A stretch of 63,578 nt of DNA, filler included, from Globobulimina sp. (GCA_003354225.1; 35 parts of 35 records of this genome joined end to end with filler, not necessarily neighbours in it); one strand, 5' to 3'. Numbered from the whole stretch's first letter, positions 51,033-63,371 are shown. The notes: generated by a model from the sequence alone, not told the origin. Numbers and translations: made by a program.

Positions 51033-51476
51033 GTGCCTCAAATCATGCCAACAATGAACAAAGAAAAAAATATGAAAAATTTGAACCTTTCTCGTAATAT
51101 CTATGTATTTGTGCATGGAAGGCGTCGTTTATATCCAATCGTAGAAAGTATTTGTTTAAAATTAGGATTCAAAAAATCGCAAATTATTCAGGGAAAATCA
51201 TCAAAAGTTGGTGATGTTTGTGATTATACAGCGAGTGCCTGGCATCCACGGAATCCGGATCATATCAAAATATCTGAAATAACTAAAGTTGTAAAAAAGA
51301 CAAAGAGAATTATTGGTTTATGGGCTGGTGTCACAACGCATGAAATATATACCATACCTTTACCAGAAGCTGCTGCAAGAAACGGAAAAATCAAATTTTA
51401 CTTTACATCTGCTGGAGTTACAGCAATTGTTGGACTCTTTATATACAAACATATCAGTCACTCAACTACTACTTAG
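51033..51476 (+). CDS. Small hypothetical protein with a C-terminal TM helix; prokaryote-like core
   Basis: Intronless ORF; YVFVHG..WHPRNPDHIKISEITKV..IGLWAGV core; hydrophobic tail. Confidence 0.55.
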   Translation: MPQIMPTMNKEKNMKNLNLSRNIYVFVHGRRRLYPIVESICLKLGFKKSQIIQGKSSKVGDVCDYTASAWHPRNPDHIKISEITKVVKKTKRIIGLWAGVTTHEIYTIPLPEAAARNGKIKFYFTSAGVTAIVGLFIYKHISHSTTT

Positions 51477-51636
51477 CGCTTATCCTTGCACATATCAATA
51501 ACCATTGATCGAAGAACACTCTGTTTGTTTTGATCAACGCAGCGTAAAATTCTTAATTTTCGAAAAATATTTACCCAGCTGTGAAATAGTCAACCCGTGT
51601 AAATTTCTCTTCGATCAAAATCTTTCTCTGTGAATT

Positions 51637-52669
51637 ATGGGTAATTGTTTGCAGGCGCCGAGAGACTCAAGAAACAAGAACCAAAATGCAGGTCCAGATA
51701 ATGTGGAGTTAAATGCAATCTGCATTGATTCCGATGATTCACGGCGTCATACTGTTTCAAACCACCATCAATTACCAAGTACAGAAAGTGATGATTTGAC
51801 AAAAATTATGCAGAATTTACAGAGACACAAACGAAGCATTTCAAGATTCAAAGAACAACAATCACCAGTCTCAAATGAAGAGATAGTATCAATAAAACGC
51901 AACAATTCTATCAGATATAACGGCCTCCACAGAGCGTCAAGTACTGCGGACAGAATGATTCAAAGTAGAAGAAGACATAAACGCACTATTTCTAGATTTA
52001 AAGAAGAACAATTTAAACAACGTATTGAAGCATATGGATGTCAAAGTTATGTATAACAAAATTCTCATCTGTTATTTGAAAAATTGTTTACTGTTTTTTG
52101 TAATATCCACAGAAGTGACAGAACATAACAAAACACAGTTTTCGTCGATTGTTGGTGATGCGGTTGTTGGTGATGCGGTTGTTGATGATGCTGTTATTAA
52201 TACTACAAAAGCGAAATATATTCAAAATACAGATACGGGACATCTTTCATTGATAATATTTGATGAAACAATTGATTTAAATGATGATATGTATGATGAG
52301 GGTCATTTTATCATTGATACGCCACATGGTGATGATATCGATGGTGATGCTGGTAATAGAGCTGTGGTTGTACGCGTCATTCATATTTATATCGATGAAA
52401 CACAAATCGTGCGGTTAGAAAGTAAACAATGGAAGAAGTTAAAAAAGACAAATAAAATAATTAATAATGAGGAATATCCAATTTATAAATCGTTGGCAGA
52501 GATTGTTGAATGGTGTGTGATGCGCAAAAATAATTATAGTGATAACAAAAATTTTGTCATGGAGTTGGGCAGTTTTTTGAATATTACTGTGGGGAAAGAA
52601 AATAATGAGACAAATACGCTTTTAAATGAAATTGGCGAGCAAAAAGAAGACAGTGTACATCGTACTGCT
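51637..52669 (+). CDS. Hypothetical protein with an MGNC lipidation motif; intron 52046-52112; truncated
   Basis: MGNCL N-terminus; GT..AG intron joins the two ORFs in frame. Confidence 0.55.
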
Positions 52670-54588
52670 NNNNNNNNNNNNNNNNNNNNNNNNNNNNNNN
52701 NNNNNNNNNNNNNTTAATTAATTAANNNNNNNNNNNNNNNNNNNNNNNNNNNNNNNNNNNNNNNNNNNNATAAGAAATTTGAATTAAAATTTGCAGCCAA
52801 TGTGGAAGGTGAAGAGCAAAAATATAATGCGAGACATGTACGACCATCATTTGATGGAGCAGCTGAATATGAAGAGGAAGAAGTCGTTGATGTTCCTGCT
52901 GCGTTTGAACCATCAGTCCCACCCCAAATAGCAATCTTTGTTGAAGAAAATGCTGCGATTGCAAGACGAGGAAATATTAATGGGAATGGAGATGATTATG
53001 GTTCTATGATAGTGTCATTATTACAGTCAGAACAGAACAATGCTGATGGTGACAATATTGATGATTATAAGTACGATCCAATGGAGTTACTGGATCCACG
53101 CGATACATTGCAACAAGTTGCTACTAAAATTGCTCAAGTTCAGTACGTAAAAAAACTTTAAAATTTAAAACGAGACAATTTTGCATAATTTGCGCAACGC
53201 CTATTTTGAGTGAATGCTGTTCGCGGACGCGTTGGTGGTTTTTTTTTGTGTTTTTTCTTTTTTTTATATTTGCATAAAGAATACTGATTTTGTTTGAGTG
53301 CAGATAGTTTATTTTCAAAGTGTTGCAACACTGCAAATATCCATTTTTTCCATAATATAAATATTTGCGGCGGCAATGATGCATTTAAGTGATTGTGTAA
53401 TATCGTTAATGTTGTTGATAAACAGTCATTTAATTTTGTAATTGATTGCGTATTTTGAGTAAAGTCGTGATTAGCATTATTTTGAGTGGTTTTTATTGAT
53501 ATTTCATTTTTTAAATGGTTTATTTGTTCGTTGTGTTGCTGTATCAATGATTTATAGCGTTTTATTTCAGTTTGTGATTGTTTGAAACGTTGATTTAAAT
53601 CACAATGAATAACTTCCATTTCATTGAATGTGTCCTTGTCTTTCACCATTTGCTTTTGTAGCAATGTTTGGCATTCGTTTAGTGATTGTTTTAACGAAAT
53701 ATTCTCTTCCAACTATTTATAATTTGAATATTAATAATTTATCAATATATAATGCACAAAAACTCGACGTAACTAAGTTATCTTTTGTTTGTTTACAAGA
53801 TTCATATTGTTTTGCTAAACAATGATTGGTTTCAATTAATTTCTTATATTCTTGCTTCAAAACCTCATAATTTGAGAGATTGTTATCTTTCCATATTTCT
53901 TCATCAAACTGTTTGCAAAACGCGCCGGACATTGTTGATTTTATTAATTTATATTTATGTCAATTTAGTTTCATAATTAATGGAATAAATAATTATACAC
54001 AGCAATTATATGTGGATGATGATAGAATATGGAATTATTTATCAATATTTCCAACATATTGTTATTGTCGATTGTATCATTTAAGTTTAATCGATAAAAA
54101 TTTATATAAATCGTTATTAAATGAAAGAAATACACCGATTTCGGTACAAATGGAATTATTAAAAGCAATGAATAATATTCGGGAACGATTTTCAAATCAA
54201 CCAAAATTAACATTTATTGCACCACAAGAAACAGCCGGGAATAATGAAGAAAATAAATTGAAGTTTGGAAATACAGTGAGCACTGTCGATGCATTTGATT
54301 TATTAGCATATGATTTAGGACTTCCATTGGATTCATTGGACGAAGATTGCAATGTTTTGATGGATAATTTTTATTTTAATGTATTTGATTGGTCTTTTGT
54401 CACAAAACCTAAATTGATGATTTAATGAATTATGTGGATAAAGAAAATGAATATAATCTAAATATTACAATTAAACAATATTTGATTGNNNNNNNNNNNN
54501 NNNNNNNNNNNNNNNNNNNNNNNNNNNNNNNNTTAATTAATTAANNNNNNNNNNNNNNNNNNNNNNNNNNNNNNNNNNNNNNNNNNNN

Positions 54589-55341
54589 GATTTGAATGAA
54601 GGAGAATATAATATTTTGGTTGGATTAAAACGTGAATTATTGGAACAACAGCGAATTGAAAAGCAAAAATATGAACTAAAACTTTGGTCACACATTCGAA
54701 ATTTGGATGATGTCCGTGATTATGAATTAAAAGCATTAATGTCAGAGACTGGTATGAGTTGTTTACGCTGGAATTATGAAAAATCGCAACAACATTCTGG
54801 AGCAAATTACTTCAAATTAAAAACAATGGAATATGTTGGCAACAAATATGTAGCGTTGCAACGATTATGTGAAAGAAATCCAGAGTCAATCAATAAGTTA
54901 AATAGAGATTTATATTGGAAAAGACTATTAGCATGTCAAATTTTGAAAAATGTCCTTTGTTTAGGAAATGATTATTTTGATGACATAAAAGCTGATATTG
55001 ATTTTGACGAGGCACGTTTACAGGCACGTTTACAAACATTTTATGGCACAGACAATAGACAAGCAGCAATTACTTTGAATATTATATCTGATAAAAAGGC
55101 AACAACAATTAAATCTGGAGATCTCAAGTTTGAACTGCGAGAATTAGTCAGGCACTGTAACTATTATCTTCAATATTTAAATCGAAGACTAGTTGGATAC
55201 CAACAACGTATTAATGGTCTTAAAAAACGTAAGTATAATTTGGACACATGGTTGGAATGGAGAATAAAGACAAACTTTGGCAATAAGAGAAGCCAAGAAC
55301 AAAAAGATTATGAGAACGACAGACAGAAAAATTTGTGGTAA
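54589..55341 (+). CDS. Hypothetical helical protein, possibly the second ORF of the adjacent Harbinger element
   Basis: 249-aa ORF converging tail-to-tail with the transposase, 24 nt apart. Confidence 0.45.
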   Translation, partial: DLNEGEYNILVGLKRELLEQQRIEKQKYELKLWSHIRNLDDVRDYELKALMSETGMSCLRWNYEKSQQHSGANYFKLKTMEYVGNKYVALQRLCERNPESINKLNRDLYWKRLLACQILKNVLCLGNDYFDDIKADIDFDEARLQARLQTFYGTDNRQAAITLNIISDKKATTIKSGDLKFELRELVRHCNYYLQYLNRRLVGYQQRINGLKKRKYNLDTWLEWRIKTNFGNKRSQEQKDYENDRQKNLW

Positions 55342-55365
55342 TTGTAAAAAATAATCCCATTAAAA

Positions 55366-56190
55366 CTAAAAATAATCCCATTGACCATCAAATATTCCAC
55401 GACCTGTTTCATTTATCTCGATATTGTATAATATTCCAGCGACGTGAATAAGCTTTGGTAACATAATCAAAGCATTTTGACACATTGGTCTGTATCTTTT
55501 AACTAAATTATATTTAGCATAAAATGCGTTAGCAAATGTATGCTCAATTTCAACTTCAGCAGAGCTGACATGATAACTCCACAATTTTTCTTGTCTTGAT
55601 AAACGAGACCAAGCTCTTGGATTAATTGCTCCACTACAGATTGGCGTAATAATATCTGGAAAATCTGGAGCATTAAATCCACCATCTGCAACCATCTGAC
55701 CCAATCTCTGGAAAACTCTGTTCCGCTTAGCTTGGTCATGAAATAATGTACAATTTCTCAGAACATTAATATCATGAACTGCACAAGGCCAGCCTGTAGA
55801 CATGAAACAAATCTTACCTGTAACCCTCGCCATTATTACTAGTGTTTTTAATCCATCGCCATGGAATTTGTGAGAATAACTGAACAACAATACAACATGT
55901 CAATATTTTTTTATTGAGTAACAAAACAATACAACATTTGCAATATGTTTTCAGTAACTTAACTAATTTTTTTTTTCACAAAAATTCAAAACAATTGGAA
56001 GTGGAATATCAGTCGCATCAATTACAAATCTTGCCAAAGGTATTGGTGCCATCCGTTCCTGTAATCTCATGTCAATTTCATTCATTTCATCTTCCGCAGG
56101 AAACCTAATTTCCAGACGACAATCTTTGGCTACTAGCCCCAACACCTCATTCCATGCTCTCCAAACACAATTCTTTGTAAAAATTCCATC
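55366..56190 (-). mobile_element. PIF/Harbinger (DDE_Tnp_4) transposase; intron 55880-55963
   Basis: IRFP..FVIDATDIP, YSHKFHG..LK, GWPCAVHD..VL, VADGGF, IITP, VEIEHTF. Confidence 0.85.
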
Positions 56191-58297
56191 AATATCTTTG
56201 TAAAAATTCTGAGACAATGAATCTCTTATGAAACCACACATTTTTGATAACGATGTTCCAGAGGCATATCTGCGACCGTAGTTATGTTTTTGTTCATAAT
56301 GCACATNNNNNNNNNNNNNNNNNNNNNNNNNNNNNNNNNNNNNNNNNNNNTTAATTAATTAANNNNNNNNNNNNNNNNNNNNNNNNNNNNNNNNNNNNNN
56401 NNNNNNTTTGGATTTGTTTTATTTATGTCTGGAATTCACATTATGTTTGTTTTGAAGCAATCATGCTTCTTCACAGCACTTATGATGGCACTGTTTCTTT
56501 TTGTGGTTCCTCTGGAATTAATTGATCGCATTGGCCTAATTCTTTCAGCTCATTTAGTGATTGGATTTGTTTATTTGCCACTGTTACTCCGCAGACTAAT
56601 GCGCAAAATATATACGACAATATCCACGTCGCAGTAACTAATTTGTGAATATTATTTGTATGGTCGCATACAACATATACACCGATACTCGAAATAATTG
56701 CCCAAAATATCATTTCTAAATTGAATACATATCTTAATGCTTGCAAATAAATCGCCAAATATGATTTACATTTTGAGCGTCGCGATGGTGTCATTGTGGC
56801 AGTCATCGAAGCAAATTAACGTATTACCCCTTTATTTGTTTGATTCATAATGTGGCATTATTATAATTATGAGTTCACAAATCACAATCAAACAAATGTA
56901 TGCTAAACAAAAACAAAATGTGTATTATTATTACAATGGTTATTATTTTTATATTGATTGCTTGCAATTGTTTCTTCTGAGTCGGTGTCATAAATTTCAT
57001 TGTTTGGATCCGTATTTTCTTCATCTGAATCAAAAACATTTACATCCATATAGAAATTAGCTGCATCTGCCATTTTATCTGTATTTCTTCTTTGATAGTT
57101 GTCATATCTTTCTTTTGTGTTTTTGATTGCGTTTAATAGTTTGTTTTTAATTTTGAGTGTTTGTTGCAATAACTTCTTTTTATTACAATCCTTTTTGGTT
57201 TAATATTTGAATGAATATACTTATTATAATTATGAAAAATGTATATTATAATTAACTTTAATATTTGAAGCGTTGATGGATTGAGTTTCGAGAACGAATG
57301 TTTTTTCCTCTGTATCATATCGAAAATTACTGTCATTGTTATTGCCCATAATAAATACAAAGCAAATATTTAATAAACTGCGTTTTGTAATTTTGGATTT
57401 ATTACATTGACGTAAATATTGCGTAACAAAAGGATTTTCCCACAAACATTCCCCATACTTACAGCAGCATATATTGAACAAATTACTGGATGATATGTGT
57501 GTTGCTAGTTACATGCATGATACATAAAAGATTTGGATGATAGTCATAATTTTTTGCAACAGTCCCAAAATTACCACTGCCGTTTTTATACTGAATATCT
57601 GTCAACGATGAGTTTTGATACACAACCCACCACATTTTCTGTGCCAAATAATACACGCAATTCTTCAATTTATTAGGATTTCGCTTGATTTCTTGAAAAT
57701 ATTTTTTGGTTTATAGTTTATACAGCTACTGAACTGGAAATTTTAAGAAAATGAATGACTTGGAAGAGCAAGAAGAAGGAGTTCCAAACGACTTACCTCG
57801 CGAATTATGGAGGACTGTGAAAACCAATAAAACAACAATTGCTGTTTATGCAGTGTCTGTTGCAATATCAGCGGGTGTGATTTTAACCCAACGAAAAGTA
57901 ATCCGAAATATGAATAATGAAACTAAAGAAGATTAAAAGTAAAAAGTTTGTGGATTTTGGATCTTTTTTGAATTCGTCTCTACCCATAAACCTATAACAA
58001 ACGTGTACAATAAGTAAACAATTGTAAACAAAAAAAGAACAAAACAGGAACTATGGTAAACAAGTTTTTTCGTTCTTTTCCAAAAACACACTCTCGGTAC
58101 AAACACCATGCTTTAGTCCGAACANNNNNNNNNNNNNNNNNNNNNNNNNNNNNNNNNNNNNNNNNNNNTTAATTAATTAANNNNNNNNNNNNNNNNNNNN
58201 NNNNNNNNNNNNNNNNNNNNNNNNAAAGTTACTCACTTCATTGATTTCCTCTGACTGAAAAAAAGCTAGGTGCGCATAAAAAAAAACACCTTTTATC

Positions 58298-59942
58298 ATG
58301 GCACAAGAACCACAATCGCTGTCCCAAATCTATAAAAAATTCACAGATACATTCTCAGCCACTGAGAACCCACGCGATGTGGTGCTATTTGCGAAACGTA
58401 GACTCAGTGTGGATTTAAAATATGGCGATGTCAAAAAATTTCTGACTGCGAAAAGTTATTTTATTGTCCAAATCACTTAAACTTTGCTGCCATTGACATA
58501 CCACAACTGCAACAATGCAAACAGAGAAATGGGATGAACGCGTTTGTGAGCCGTTGGATAGCGATTTTGGGCAAGATTGGTACTGTGAAACCGTGCAAAC
58601 TACCTCCTCTTATCAGAAATGGTTAATTGATTGCTATTTCAAACAAAAGCATCACACGACCTGTTCCTTAGTCTCGTTGGGCATTGTATTAAATGCCAAA
58701 TTGTTGTCCAATTATTATTTATCCCAATACGATGACAGTGACACAGACGATGACCACGTAGGCGACGAAGAAAATAAAATTGAATTTGAGTTCGACAGTG
58801 ACAACGAAGAAGATCTCACCACTTTAAAATCGCATTTGCCCTTTCTAACCGAGTCCAAATTGATCGATATATTTCCAAATTATTCCTCGCAGCTCACCAT
58901 TGATCGCGTCTTAGTGTCCGGTATGAGTCTGGATGAGATGGCGCAGGTTTTGCTAGATTTTGGCTGTAAATCGGTAGACATACAACACTGCGCCGACGAC
59001 GATGCCGGCGGCTGTGATATATTCAGACAACGATGCCGGTCCATTTTGAGCACGCATAACATGGATATCGATGGTGCTATCCTTTGCAACTTTGATTTGT
59101 GGGATTTAGAGACTGGGATAGAAGGCGCCGGCGGTACTTATGGGCACATCTCACCGATCGCAGCCTATCACGAAGAGAGTGATCGCGTGCTGTTATTAGA
59201 CACTTTTACGGACGAATCGTGGGTGAAAATTACAGCATTGTATGCTGCGATGAATACAAAAATCAAAGCCGGCGGCAAAAGTGATCCATATCGAGGCTAC
59301 GTTGTGGTGCATTCGCCGCCGGTATGGAGAGGCGATGTGGGTACAAATACGAATGCGAATGAGATTGATTATGAAGGAAACGATACAAAACCTCGAAATC
59401 ATATGATACAAAACGAGAAAGTGAGCGTGAAACAGCCGCGACGGAGAAATCATAGTTCGATCGATTTTGATTTTATTGTGTTTGATGATAAACGGGTTCT
59501 GAATGGCAGAACGCAGCAAAATTATAAACGAAAAAGCTCCCGTCGACGCAGCAAAAAGTTGGAATTATATGTCGAGTTTGACAGTGAGCCGGGACAACTT
59601 TTATGGAAACAAACACAAAGTACACAATATCATCAGAAATGGTGTGTGGTGGAATATTTTCAACAGAATAAAGGCAGTACATCGGCATTGGTGACATTTG
59701 CCATTATATTGAACGCAAAGATTATGGCTCATCAACATAATAACAATGAATATGATTATAAAAATATGGAGGATAATGATGATAAGTTTAATGAGGAAAA
59801 GATTATGGAATTATATGTTAAGTGTTATAATGAAAAGGAAAGTGGTCACTTACCCAAAATAACGGATGTTATTAACAACGGCGTGTCGTTGGAAGAAAGT
59901 GGAGAGATTTTGAAATTATTTGGGTGTAAATCAGTTTCGTTA
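58298..59942 (+). CDS. Phytochelatin-synthase-like (papain-fold) protein with two tandem PCS domains; intron 58455-58524; truncated
   Basis: Q..TTCSLVSLGIVLNA, GMSLDE, GHISPIAAYHEESDRVLLLD, RGYVVV; second copy STSALVTFAIILNA..GVSLEE. Confidence 0.88.
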
Positions 59943-60042
59943 NNNNNNNNNNNNNNNNNNNNNNNNNNNNNNNNNNNNNNNNNNNNTTAATTAATTAANN
60001 NNNNNNNNNNNNNNNNNNNNNNNNNNNNNNNNNNNNNNNNNN

Positions 60043-61760
60043 CAACGATACCTTCAAAAAACAAGCAATCCGCGTGTTGGGTAAATTAGGTGGAAATAAT
60101 CGCAGATTTTTAGAGAAATCGAGTTCAATGAAACACGAAAAATCCACACAACAATCCATTACCTTGGACTTTGCAACAATTTATAAGAACAATAATGACA
60201 CGAATGGACCAAAAACGATTGACATTTCATTCAGTAATATTATCGACCAAGCTTTAAATTTAATTATCAAAGAACCAAAATCCTCCAGCTCTACATTTGA
60301 AAAAAACAATACAGATAATAATAAAAAACGGTTATGTGCCATGAAGACAATACGCAGTTTAATTACTACATTGGTATGGAATGAAAAAGATTATCATTAC
60401 AAGGACGATACACGAATTCTCTCCGATTTTTATAATTATTTACGCGCGAAAGATAATAATAACAATGTTGCTTTACCACCAATTCCGCCCTTACAAATAC
60501 CGATCCCTTTCTATGAGAAAATGCATTTATTAAAGAATTATGATTTCAACAACAACAATGCAACAAATACCAAGCCGCCAGCAGTCATCGTCAAGGATGA
60601 AACACTGGAAAATTATAAATCATTTGAGGCGGAAAAATTGCTGACTTTATCGGAGGAAAAATTAAAAACTGCGGTCATGTGCATCATCATAGCGTCTGCG
60701 GATAATAATTTGGCTGAAAATCGCGAGTTTTTGAACAAATTATCCAAACATTTTGGGTTATTATATTCCACACAACCATTGCAAGAATTTTATACGGAGC
60801 AAGATAAAGAACAAAATATTTTTATAAATATCCAAGACAGCAAGATTTTAGCCAATCATTTACGTTGTGATATCTATTTAGATGCTATAATTACGGTATT
60901 AATGTCGCAGAACACGTTATGGAAATATTCTGCAAATGTTGCATTGATACAATTTTTAGAAACCTGTCAGAAAATATGTTTCAATGTGCATTTATATCAA
61001 GAAAATAATAATATGAATACTAATATTTATAAGTTGCAAACACGCAAATATTGGATTATAATTCGTCATATTTTAAAACAATTTGAGCATCATGTCATTA
61101 ATAATACAGATTGTGTGCTAGATGGCGTAGTCATGGGTTTAACCAGCATAGCTTTTCTCATTCAACACAGAAAACAAACATTAACCTGGGATTTAATTGA
61201 ACAATTCCTAATGACTGCAGTCAAAGCGGCCAGGTACACTTTTATTAAACAAAATGACGAGAAAAGACATCATCATCTACACCAATTATGCAATAACTTC
61301 CTATTAAACGTCAATCATACATTGGAGAATAACAATATGAACGTATTTAAGCGCTTAGGTTGCATGGTGATCAAAATGCATTTAGTCCCCATTGGTTCGA
61401 GAGAATTAATGTATAAGATCTTGGATGAAATTAAGAAATACGCTGCTTGTGAGTTTATTCAATTCATTCCAGTCAAACAATTCTCGGATGGATTATTAAA
61501 GAATGGCACTGATAACAATGACAAAAAAACACCCTCGCGTTTATGTGGCTTTTTCGAAGCTGTGTCCTGGGCCTCCTGCACCACTCCACCGATTTTAGAA
61601 ATGGACCAAGCCATTATACCATTTCTAAACATTGCCTCCAGGAAATTATCTATTAATATCCGTCCAGAACAGTCCTCCTTTTTATCAGCGAGCGCGGACA
61701 GAATTGACCCTATGAACAAGGAAATGAATAAGTTCTTGCAACGCGTCGAAGATTATTCCA
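60043..61760 (+). CDS. TRRAP: TRRAP/Tra1-like HEAT/solenoid region, internal fragment
   Basis: AIRVLGKLGGNNRRFL matches the conserved Tra1/TRRAP RxLGKxGGxNR motif; the rest is helical. Confidence 0.65.
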
Positions 61761-61860
61761 NNNNNNNNNNNNNNNNNNNNNNNNNNNNNNNNNNNNNNNN
61801 NNNNTTAATTAATTAANNNNNNNNNNNNNNNNNNNNNNNNNNNNNNNNNNNNNNNNNNNN

Positions 61861-62298
61861 TGGTCGGGCAATGCCGACGGTGGTCATGGCGAATGGCGAG
61901 TGTCCGGAGTGGGAATGGCATAGCTTTGGTTTTTGAAAAATCTTTTTTTTCTTTTTTTGCTGGTTTTTATTGATTATTTCATCGCCATCCATCTTTTTTG
62001 GAAGGTCTATAGAATCGGTGGCGATGCCTAATCTTTGTGAATATGATAAAGAATTTGTTCTTTGTTTTTGTAATTCTAATGGGCCCATTGTTTCACAGAA
62101 ACTGATGCTGTCTCTGTTTATGATGGAGGATGGAGTCGATCCGTCATTCGCTGCATAGACAGGGCTACGTGGACTGATTGTGGCTGAAAAGCCTGAAATA
62201 GGGGTTCGTGGAGTAATGGTGGCGGATTTGGGCACAAAATGGATGAGAGACTTGTCGAGAGTTAATTTAGGCGGTGATGTGCTTGCTTCGTTTCCCAT
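61861..62298 (-). CDS. Hypothetical protein with an N-myristoylation motif, 3'-truncated
   Basis: MGNEAS N-terminus; open frame to the contig end. Confidence 0.5.
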
Positions 62299-62366
62299 GA
62301 TTCAGTTAGAGGCGTAGAGTGAAATAAATTGAAGTTGGAAGTCAGTTGAATGGCAATAACGTGCTA

Positions 62367-63371
62367 ATGAATTTCTTAAGAAAGGCATTGACCTCAGACA
62401 CTAAACCAAAAGCAAGCCATGGGGATAAATTTACAAATAAAGAACGAGATTATTATGAATTGGCCAGAATGTTAAGGAAATTATTAAACGACGTGAAACG
62501 TTACACTGCATTATGGGGCGAATTGTTAGCGTGTAAAACCTCAATTTATGGATATTTATTATATTTTTATAATAAAAAATCTGAAAAACGCACACTTATC
62601 GATGATTTATTTAAATTTCATACACGTCCAATGGATAAGGATGTAAATAAATTAACTCTTGAATATGAGCATAATTTGATTGATGAAATCGAACAAATAT
62701 TAAAAATATTCCCTCAAACACAAAAATTATCCGCCTCACTATCATTAAAAAAACAGCAATATTTGGCTAAAAAACAATATTATCAGCAATTAAAGCAAGC
62801 AAATGGTAAAAATATTGATTATTCAGAGCTAGCCGAGGTATATAATATACTCTGTATCCTTGCACAATGATTACATATTATATATTATATTAATAATCCA
62901 TTTCCTAATCGATAGGTTGATGAAGAGAGAAGAATATTGCAACATGCATATGAGTTTAGTGTAACAAGAGTCATCTCGGAATTTGAGGAGAAAGTAAATC
63001 ATAAAGATTCTATATTGGATAGGTTTTGCATTCGAATGTTTGAATCCGATGCTAAATTATATTCAAATCTATTCAAAACATCGCGTATTTTACGTGAAAA
63101 AGCCCTCATATTCCAATATTACCGCCAATATCCACAAGGATTACCTTCCTATTTTCGTGATTATTCATACAGACAAGACATACAATCCTCGTCTGACAGT
63201 GACATCAATGCACCGCCTTCAAACATATTCTATCAAAATACAAATAATAACAACATTGCCAATGAGAATGACAACGATGAGCTTAAAAATAACATACAAC
63301 CAAAACAACCCAAAGTTAAGAGTATGAAAATAAAAAAATATGCATATGTGTGTTTCTATGTGTTTCTATAA
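62367..63371 (+). CDS. BAR-domain-like coiled-coil protein; intron 62838-62915
   Basis: MNFLRK N-terminal amphipathic helix and three long helices; intron joins the ORFs in frame. Confidence 0.5.

Noticed and set aside
52770-54488. Overlapping convergent and divergent ORFs
   Set aside because: Mosaic of truncated coding fragments consistent with amplification chimeras; no family recognised.
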